Part shown: positions 54,774 to 64,000 of the stretch, one piece after another
Position numbering within the stretch: position 1 is the stretch's first letter
Layout of the letters: each line of letters begins with the position of its first letter
Assembly: GCF_006345805.1 (NCBI RefSeq)
Contig: NC_043002.1
Location: 63,116,001-63,180,000, forward strand
Direction of reading: 5' to 3'
DNA length: 64,000 nucleotides
Origin: Octopus sinensis
Lineage: Eukaryota
Position numbers and translations under genes: made by a program
Notes under the pieces: model-generated
Told to the model about the DNA's origin: nothing
The model's database searches: none
The model's input: the letters and a program-made list of their open reading frames with translations, nothing else

Positions 54774-55040
54774 AATCTGAAAACAGAAACAATTCCTATC
54801 ATAGTAGGTGCATTAGGCATGATAAAAAAATATTCAGACAAATACATAACAAAAACACCAGGACTTACAAACACTATAAACATACAGAAAATTGCACTAC
54901 TAGACACTGCACAATCCTACGCAGAACACTTTCCATACAATAACCATCAGAGCATCACAACAAATCACAGCACATACCCAAGGCACACAGAGCTGCGCTC
55001 GGTAGTGAAGTGAAAGCACGCTATAAAAATAAAACTACTG
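54774..55040 (+). mobile_element. Second, shorter 3' copy of the same R4/Dong element
   Basis: Repeats NLKTETIPIIVGALGMIKKYSDKY through the 3' end AAAATAAAACTACTG+(AAT)n; lies inside the (AAT)n tail of the first copy. Confidence 0.9.
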
Positions 55041-55102
55041 AATAATAATAATAATAATGATAATATTATATATTAATAATATATAATGATATATTAATAA
55101 TG

Positions 55103-55177
<75 letters not shown>

Positions 55178-55181
<4 letters not shown>

Positions 55182-55864
55182 AGTAACCATTTTTATTTCG
55201 TATATTTTCATTTGTCTTGCTTATTTTTAAGACTTTGGCTCGTGCTGGTTTTTATTGAGAACATTTTTTTGTGAAAATAGTGATTTGACGTCTATATTTA
55301 GCATGTTGACCTTCCACTTTTAGTGGTCAGTCCTTTAAATTTTGTATGTAAAAATATTGGTTTTAATTGATTAATATCAAAAATATTGGTTTTAATTGAT
55401 TAATATCAATTTCTACCCTTATTAAATTTTAAATAATAATAAATGTTCCCTAACCGGTAAATTGACCGCCACTGCTTATTAGCTGCAGGGTAGATTTCCA
55501 ATCTCAGCGCGCCAAAGTGAAGGCATTTGAAAGATACACATAAATATAATTGGTTAGACTCTATGCATGCGAGACTTCGGTCAAATGTTTTTGTATCTAG
55601 TCCAGCAAATTGTATTTCTATATGACGACTATGCTGAAGAGATTGCGGGTATTCACATGCGTGGATAATAACAATCGAAACTGATCAGTACATAGGTAAC
55701 CATTTTTATTTCGTATATTTTCATTTGTCTTGCTTATTTTTAAGACTTTGGTTCGTGCTGGTTTTTTATTTGAGAACATATTTTTTGTGGAAAATAGCGA
55801 TTTGACGTCTATATCTAGCATGTTGACCGTCCACTTTTAGTGGTGAGTCCTTTAAATTTTGTAT
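55178..55864 (+). mobile_element. Retrozyme-like / pLTR-type element: ~513-nt unit plus ~170-nt terminal redundancy
   Basis: Direct repeats 55178-55347 and 55691-55864 (about 11 differences); the second begins at the hammerhead cleavage site; flanked by (TA)n. Confidence 0.75.
55629..55695 (+). ncRNA. Type I hammerhead ribozyme motif, fully canonical
   Basis: CTATG-CTGAAGA-GATTG...CAATC-GAAA-CTGATCAG-TA-CATAG; perfect 5-bp helices I and II, 10-nt palindrome ACTGATCAGT, GUA site, predicted cut after 55690. Confidence 0.88.
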
Positions 55865-56760
55865 ATATGTACATATATATATATATTCAGATATATGTGA
55901 ACTGAAGGGAGAAGCGGCTAATTATTGGGTGAATTATATACATGCGCCCGAAGACTCAGAGGTATCTCAATATACATACAGATACATGTAACCATAGAAA
56001 TATACGTAAACACGCGTATTCCATTCATGCTTGTATGTGTTTAGATAACTATGCGTGCATTTCTGTATGTATGTGTGTATCTATGCATGCATGTATATAC
56101 ATGTATGTGATCTTTTCTATATTTATGTGACAATTAGTGCGTATGCTGTTTCAGTATATCCGGTTGAGTTTGAAATTTGCTAGTTTGCTTGGTTCATAAC
56201 AATAACCATATGACCACGGATCTTGATATGGTGCTGACCTAGTGAAAGATTTCCATAGAATCTATTTCTTCTTAGACAGGAATAATTCGATTCCATTGTA
56301 CGTATTTAGAATAGCAAGTTTGTTCTGGCCGACTGATATTTTGGGCAATTGAGAACAAAGACGAACGGAACAGAGCTACGATCACGCTGTTAACAAAATG
56401 AGGAAGAAGATAAAATAAAAATAAAAAATCGAAGCCACTGTGTGCATATATTGTTGTCGTTGTTCGCGGTGAAGTACTTCTTGGTCGATGATGTGGTTAA
56501 ATATAACTGATAATAAGATAGAGAATTTTGAACAACGTTTTGCTAGAGTTTAACTATGTTAGCTTTTAATATATAAAAATACAGGTATTCGTAAACGAAC
56601 ACAAAAACACGCATGCGCATACATACGTACATACATACACAACATACGCAGATATAGTGAGAACATGTGATCATGTGTTTATTTTGGAGACATCGAAAAA
56701 ACGATCAAATTATGAAATTGAACGTGTATATCTCACCATATCTATCTATCTATTAATCTC

Positions 56761-56859
<99 letters not shown>

Positions 56860-57024
56860 CACATACATGTGCGAGTATATATATGCATATATGTGTGTAT
56901 GTGCGTGTTCATGTTATATGTATATATATATATTCAACAATTGAGGGTAAAATTAATTAATTAATCAATTTCACCAAGTGTTCAGTATGCAAAGGGACCA
57001 TTTAAGGCGAATTCAAATTATTAC

Positions 57025-57281
57025 ATTATATAAAAGGGCTTAGTAAAATAAATTACTTTGCCGCATACTGAACTCATTAGAAATAGCAGCTAAAAAAAAC
57101 ATTTATAAAACTATTTCTAATACTTAAAGAAAACCTCTCTCATATAGTGTTGCTCATGAGCAAACACTATATGAGAGAGGTTTTCTTTAAGTATTAGAAA
57201 TAGTTTTATAAAGGTTTTTTTTAGCTGCTATTTCTAATGAGTTCAGTATGCGGCAAAGTAATTTATTTTACTAAGCCCTTT

Positions 57282-57289
<8 letters not shown>
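57025..57289. repeat. Near-perfect 265-bp palindrome (132/133-bp arms, no spacer)
   Basis: Centre GCTCA|TGAGC at 57156/57157; one substitution and one 1-nt indel between arms; the left arm continues to ~56935. Confidence 0.95.
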
Positions 57290-57333
<44 letters not shown>

Positions 57334-57560
57334 CAAATAGATGGTAAATGTTCTTATTTTTCCTTGCCTCCAAATGTTCCCTAATAGTTGTTTGGTTTTT
57401 GGCCGTTCCTTCTATCGTGCTAGGAATCCTATATCGGATACCTCTTATGTTTTTAAATGTACATTGTATTTATATGAATAATATATAGTCTATTCACAAA
57501 TTTTTCTACACACTAAGCCATTGGTAGTAAAAATTTATAAAATTTTTATTTCCCTGATGT

Positions 57561-57614
<54 letters not shown>

Positions 57615-58586
57615 ACTTATAAACATGGGCAAAAGAAAAAAATTCAATACCAAATATGCCGAAATAGACTTAATCGTGAATAACCATATCATTTATCACT
57701 ATAAGCACGCGTCTCAAAAGCAAGCCGATAGAAATTTCTAAAAAAAATTCGTTATTATTGGATCGGTCTCAATTTCTGAGTTAATTCATTTAGAATTTTC
57801 TCGTCATCAGCGATAAATACGATAAGAAAATATATGAGATACTTACTTGTACCCATGGAAGAAGTAAACACTAAGTCATGAGCACACTTAAGTACCCCAA
57901 ATATATCCAAAATAGAAATTCCACAGCATACCTCGAGAAATTTCTATCAGCTTGATTTAGAGCCGGAGCGAATAACAAAAGCAATTTAGTTACGACTCCA
58001 AAGCCTATATTTTGTGCTCTATTGTACACAGAAAATGAACACAGACACATTTATAATACGTTAACGTTTTTGCTCCCTTTGTAATTATCTTTTCTATAGT
58101 TATTTATTGAACTGTTCCGAGTCCAGGTGTTGTTGGTGTTGTTAATTTTTCTCTTTTCTCATCGTTGCCGTATTACTTCTGCGGAATTTATTTTTATTAC
58201 GAATTATTTTGTCTTCGTCTTCATCTATTATTAAAATTATTTGTTTTAGTTAATGCATTTTTTATCAATATATTATACTATACATAATCACAATATTAAA
58301 CGAATAATATTATATATAATAAACTGCATTAAGTTCAACAAATTACTCTCTCACACGTATATATCATCCAAACATAATTCTCACAAACAGCTGCATATAT
58401 ATTCCAAACTGCATCAATAAGCTACAAAATGAAGTTTCTAATATATAACTGTAGCGTTAATGAAATTTAACGTAGCGTATTTTACACATACTGACAAGAA
58501 ATACAACTAATCGATTTATTAGATTACATTTGTACTTCAACAGTACACTAATAAAAGCACTAAGACACACACAACACACACACACA

Positions 58587-58632
<46 letters not shown>

Positions 58633-58645
58633 GTATTTATATATA

Positions 58646-58677
<32 letters not shown>

Positions 58678-58766
58678 CGGGGGAGATAAATAAATACATA
58701 CGTAGATACAAAGAGAGACATATATGATTCATATATATATATATTATATATATATATATATATAAA

Positions 58767-59171
58767 GGAGTTAAATGCAGTTCTTATTCAAATCCTTTTA
58801 CTTTCGACACATCTTTCGAAAATATCACTGGTATCATTCCAAAGGAATAAAATGATGTAAAACAATGTAGTCTTCTCTTCAGGGAAGTGAAGAAACGAAA
58901 CTCATCAATAAGACATTTTAATAAAAAATGATGGATATGTATAGTGATTATCTATATGGGATATAGCATGAGAGGTAGCCTATAAAAAGAGGATGGATAA
59001 AGGAAAGGAAGTCTAATAAATACAATATGTATATGAGTTTCATTTCCTCATTTCCCTGAAGAGAAGATTACATTGTTTTACACCATCTTATTCCTTTGGA
59101 ATATCACCAGTGATAACTTCGAAACATGTGCCGGAAGTAAAAGAATTTGAATAACACCTTCGTTTAACTCC
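58767..59171. repeat. Diverged inverted repeat (139-bp arms, ~127-nt spacer) with a decayed hammerhead in each arm
   Basis: Both arms carry TTCC-CTGAAGA-GAAG...(C/T)TTC-GAAA-(C/G)ATGTG(C/T)C-G(G/A)AAGT, each with different lesions. Confidence 0.85.
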
Positions 59172-59321
59172 TGTTATTTATATATATTATACAAAATATT
59201 TCATGTGAACCTTGTAAAAACAAGGAACTACAACCCTTTTACTTGTGTGATTTTTTGCTACCCTGGTAACTATTGATCTATTTTTTCTGTGTTAATTGTT
59301 AACAAGGGAAACATTCACACA

Positions 59322-59395
<74 letters not shown>

Positions 59396-59399
59396 TTTA

Positions 59400-59682
59400 T
59401 ATAAGTTCAGCAAAATTTAGATTTAAACGAATATGGTACTTAATTTAGATGCACCAGAATTTTGTATGGTATTATCCATAAAAATCAGTGGGGTGATTAT
59501 AATCAAAATAAGCAACAAGAATGATTCCGGTAATTTGGTACGATCGTTTCGTACTGCATAATTTTATTAAATGTTGTAAGTATCATGTTGTAATCTGTTG
59601 TAATACTTACAACATTCAATAAAATGATGTAGTACGAAACGATCGTACCAAATAGCGGAGTCATTCTTGTTGCTTATTTTGA
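59400..59682. repeat. Fold-back of the 27140-27380 family, ~80-bp arms
   Basis: Arms 59503-59583 and 59603-59682 keep only the 3' half of the ribozyme (GTAC-GAAA-CGATCG-TA-CCAAAT); the left arm continues to ~59400. Confidence 0.85.
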
Positions 59683-59684
59683 AT

Positions 59685-59738
<54 letters not shown>

Positions 59739-59770
59739 GTGTGTGTGTGTGTGTGTGTGTTTATATATAT

Positions 59771-60001
59771 TCTCTTTTACTCTCTTTTACTTGTTTCAGT
59801 CATTAGACTGCGGCCATGCTGGGGCACCGCCAGAAGTCGAGCAAATCGACTTATTCTTTGTAAGCCTAGTACTTACTCTATCGCTCTCTGTGCCGAACCG
59901 CTAAGTTACGGAGGCGTACGCACGCCACCATCGGTTGTCAGGCGATGTTGGGAGAACAAACAAACACACAGACATTCACACACACACACACACGTACACA
60001 C

Positions 60002-60051
<50 letters not shown>

Positions 60052-60210
60052 AATATACGATGGGCTTCTTTAAGTTTCCGTCTACCAATTCTACTCACAA
60101 GGCTTTGGTTGGATCGTGGCTGTAATAGAAGACACTTACCCAAGGTGACACGCAGTGGGACGGAACCCGTAAACATGTGGTTGGTACACAAGCCACTTAC
60201 CACACAGCCG
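59771..60210 (-). mobile_element. Full tRNA-derived SINE
   Basis: Same head, body and tail organisation as 33642-34100. Confidence 0.85.
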
Positions 60211-60600
60211 TATATGTATATTAATGACGTTCGGGGTAAAATGGCGATTTCGGATTTCTCTTATTCTCAGGTGCAGGAAGATGTATTAGTGAATAGCCCT
60301 CGGCGCTCTACACTAAAAGGAGCTGGGCCTTACGCTGAAAATAGACAATTATGTGAAGCTACTGGAGACTGTGGTCAAACTAGGGATGTAGGAGTAGCTG
60401 ATGTAAGACTGTATGTGTGGCAGCAGGATCAGCTCTTTGTAGTTATTCCGGAAAAGACATAACTGGTTGTCATTGAATTTCACCAGGTTGAATTTGTGGC
60501 TCCCTAATTCCTCTAACGGTAATTACAAGTATGGAGCGTGATTGAAAAGGACACCAGCCTCTCACTTTAACCCCAATTTTGGGATAGTGGCCAACGAGAA
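60211..60600 (-). mobile_element. Possible decayed CR1/L2-type RT C-terminal fragment
   Basis: Weak motif traces on the minus strand (AATHT, PSLT, LSIF, LPRTS); heavily degraded. Confidence 0.3.
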
Positions 60601-61505
60601 GGACGTCTTGTCAGGGACACGGTGAGGGATGCATGCACCACATTTTGGATCCGGTTTGAGAACGTAGTGGAAGGCGAGACTACTGCTTTAGGTGAACTGC
60701 TTACGCCAAGCTTATTTTGGATTTTTAAAAGAATTATTTTGTGAAAGGATCTTGTATTTTGGGAATGTAGTAGGCGGAACAGGAGGATACACGTAGAGCT
60801 GCTGAAGAGGTCACAGATGTGTGACGAAATGTTGCCAGACGGTAAGATAAGATAATATAAGATAAAGTAAGATCATCAATAAATGAGTAAATAACCAATA
60901 CAGTGCGAGTGTTTATTTGGCAAAATAAATTGAAAAAAAATGACCGGCAGGAAATATAACAATATTGTGTTTTTATTTCTTTTTATGCAATCTGTCAAAG
61001 TTAACCCCAAAAACACTCTATGCATAGAAACAAACGTAAATACATACATACATACATGTATGCAAACACACACATACACACAAACACAACGCACACACAC
61101 ACTAATACACACATGTACGCACGCATGAGAAAATTATTCATATTTATATAAATACTAACAAATTGTCTCGAGTCAAATTAGAACGATCATGTATTGAAAC
61201 ATGAGGGCAGAATTGTTACAGGAATATCGATCAAAAGAGGTCGATAAAGAATCAATTGTGGAAGGTTCATAAAAGTTATAGTGTTTGCTACTATTCTGAG
61301 GGAGCCATTATACGGTAAGTAGTAATTATTAGTATTACTTAACGCTGGTTATCGTATTTAGAATCCAAAGATGTGTGAGAAGAAAACGGGAAGGAGGGGG
61401 TATGCAGTCTCCTTCAGTCGCTTCAGAAACGGATGTGCAGAAGGTGCGTTTCCCTGCAGCTGATCAACAGTCAACCTTATAGTTTCGATCTATTCCATCA
61501 TTGGA

Positions 61506-61574
61506 GGAATCTATCTATCTATATGTCTGTCTGTCTGTCAATTTATTTATCTATCTATCTGTCTACATATCTAT

Positions 61575-61646
<72 letters not shown>

Positions 61647-61700
61647 CTATATATTTAACTATCTATATATTTGTCTATCTATCTATCTATCTATCTATTT
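61506..61700. repeat. (TATC)n microsatellite
   Basis: Read directly from the sequence. Confidence 0.95.
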
Positions 61701-62255
61701 ATCTCTCACACATCTCTCTCTCTCTCTCTCTCGCTCTGTCTCTCTCTCACTCACACTCTTTCTCTCTTTATAACACACACGCATGAACGCATACTCCCAC
61801 TTATACGTAATTTTCTTCTGTATCATAGAATTCGTGTCACCTTCAAGATTTCAATGGCAAGGGCTCATAAATAAGTCCCATGGATTGAATTGCATGCATA
61901 CTATAGTCTCATTTTGACTCAAAGCAATATTAATGGAATTAGAAATATATATACTACATTAAAACTGCTTGCATGTAAAGGGCACAAATAAGAAATCACA
62001 GAAACAATGTTACTAAAGTTTTAATGCTAATACAGTAGTCCCACGATTATCGCATGTGTTACGCTCGAAAACCCCACCGTGATAGGGGAAAATTCGCGCA
62101 GTAGAAACAGAACTGTACGGTATATATTTTTATTATTGCTTTTTTTTATTTTAATGCAAAAAACCCCAAAAAAACACGGATAAATTGACGTAAGCTTAAA
62201 TAATAAAGTGCGAGAGATGAACCGTGATACAGCGAGGGATTATTGTATATTATCA

Positions 62256-62685
62256 AAGGCGGGGAGCTGGCAGCATTGTTACGGAGCCGGGAAAAATGTT
62301 TAGCGTCATCTCGTCTCTCTTCATGTTCTGAGTTCAAATTCCTCCGTCGTCAACTTTGCTTTTTGTCCTTTCGCGGTCCATAAAATTAATACGAGTTGAA
62401 CACAGGGGCCAATGTGATCTATCTCCTTCCTCAAAATTGCTTCCCTTGTGCCAAAATTCGAAACAATAATAAATATGTTAATAAAACTGAAAAGCTGCCA
62501 GAATCATTAACATGCCAAGAAAAATGCTAAGCGGCATTTTGTCGGTGTCCACATTCTGTGTTCGAATTCCGCAGAGGTCGACTAAACTATTAGCCCTTTC
62601 ATGGTCTATAAAATAAGTACTAGTTGAGCACAGCGATCACTGTAAATGACTTACATTCTCCCTTGAAATTGCTGGACTTGAAATT
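62256..62685 (+). mobile_element. Two tandem decayed copies of the Meta-like SINE
   Basis: AAGGCGGGGAGCTGGCAG head at 62256 and a second head at ~62490. Confidence 0.75.
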
Positions 62686-63139
62686 AAATTAGAAACGTTT
62701 GTTGATAGAAGTAAGCAATTACATACAGTCCTGTACTCGAGAGAAGCTTGCTTGCACACACTGAAATCGATACTACATCCTTTATGAATATCTATATATT
62801 TGCATAAAGGCATTGACATATTTAAAGAGAAATATACTTCGTCGCATGAATCTACCACCAAAAAAGAAACAAAAGAAAATTGATTAACTATGTCATCCGT
62901 CTTCTTCCCTAACAACGAAAATATAAAATTCGATCTACCAACAAAGCAAGATATCAAATACACTGAGTAGAAAATGCTATATGATATATGACAGCCATTA
63001 CAGTTACCATTTCTGATGTTGGTATTGGTCTTGTCATAATTAAGGTGGCGCACATATTTTAGATAAATTTAAGCAAAGAAACAATCCATAAAAAAAAGAT
63101 TTGCACACTGTACAGATCTATATCAATATTAATTTCTCG

Positions 63140-63342
63140 TGTAGGCACAAAGCCTGAAATTTTGAGGGAGGGGCTAGCCGAATAGATCGACTTTAGGACG
63201 CAACAGGTACTTAATTTATTGACCTGAAAGGATGGGAGGCAAAGTCTACTTCGGCGGAATTTGAACGCAGAACGTAAAGACAGACCAAATACCGCAAAGC
63301 ATTTCGCCCAGCGTGCTAACATTTCTGCTAGCTCGCCGCCTT
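63140..63342 (-). mobile_element. Meta-like SINE monomer
   Basis: GGCGGAATTTGAACGCAGAACGT..GCATTTCGCCCAGCGTGCTAAC..GCTCGCCGCCTT. Confidence 0.8.
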
Positions 63343-63532
63343 ACAGTTACATCAATATTCCAACATAGATGCATACATAAAATTATATGTAGACACACAC
63401 ACATTGCATCCACCAAATTTACTTACAAGTCTTTAATCGGCTCGAGGCTATAGCTAGAGCTACAAAACAGTGGTCTCTGAACCTGGAACCACAAATGGAA
63501 ATCAAAGTTATTATCACATAGGTACGCCTGCG

Positions 63533-63567
<35 letters not shown>

Positions 63568-64000
63568 CTAACATAATATGGCTGCTCCGAAAGGGTCGAT
63601 ATTACTGTTGTTTTAACCCGAGGACACATCACTTCTAGCTGGCTGTACGACAAATATATGTGCCCTTACACTTTCGAACAGGGAGCTCAGTATGTCCATT
63701 CACCGATCGCACATATAGTTTTCAAAGTGACACACAGTCCCTGATCAAAAAATCGAAATACTATTATTTCTAGATCTCTCAAAGAGAGACATTGAAACTA
63801 AAGGCTATTTGCCAGCATTATGTGGCTGTCGCCAAAGCAGCTACTCTTTGTTGATAAAGTGCAATAACCCAGAATTTAATCCACAGATGTTGCTTTGCGC
63901 TTGATGGGAATGCTGATCTCCCTGTTCAAAAATATACAGACACAGGTAGTTGGTTGTATAGCCAGCTAGAAACAAAGTTTCTTGGGGTAAAACAACAGTA

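Noticed and set aside
454-56944. Dozens of ORFs rich in YI, CV, HT, MYVC or poly-L/I/N/K
   Set aside because: They are translations of (TA)n, (CA)n, (TATG)n, (AAT)n and (AAG)n microsatellites, which lack stops in some frames.
61222-61314. 93-nt candidate exon ending in ACG|GTAAGT with one open frame
   Set aside because: The acceptor lacks a pyrimidine tract and the peptide is unrecognisable; it needs RNA-seq support.
1-64000. CRISPR arrays, rRNA genes, prokaryotic operons
   Set aside because: No regular repeat-spacer array, rRNA similarity or gene-dense coding was seen; the sequence is eukaryotic repeat-rich DNA.

Overview
AT-rich, microsatellite-saturated animal genomic DNA, most likely Octopus (inferred from the tRNA-derived SINE families and the TA/CA/TATG microsatellite load; not database-checked). 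I can support no host protein-coding gene; nearly all ORFs in the track are translated microsatellites. Recognisable coding relics are all transposon-derived: a full-length decayed mariner (DD34D), a Chapaev3-like transposase, two R4/Dong-clade retrotransposon relics (one stacked in a (TAA)n tract), CR1 and RTE LINE 3' fragments, and a Penelope-type GIY-YIG fragment. There are also Helitron termini and many SINEs. The main unexplained structure is about ten intact or near-intact type I hammerhead ribozyme motifs from several unrelated short repeat families, plus decayed copies. Many sit in fold-back (inverted) elements of constant head-to-head polarity, and one sits in a ~513-nt retrozyme-like unit whose terminal repeat starts at the predicted cleavage site. 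A 100-N gap lies at 40252-40351, and a ~1.35-kb tandem duplication may be an assembly artefact.
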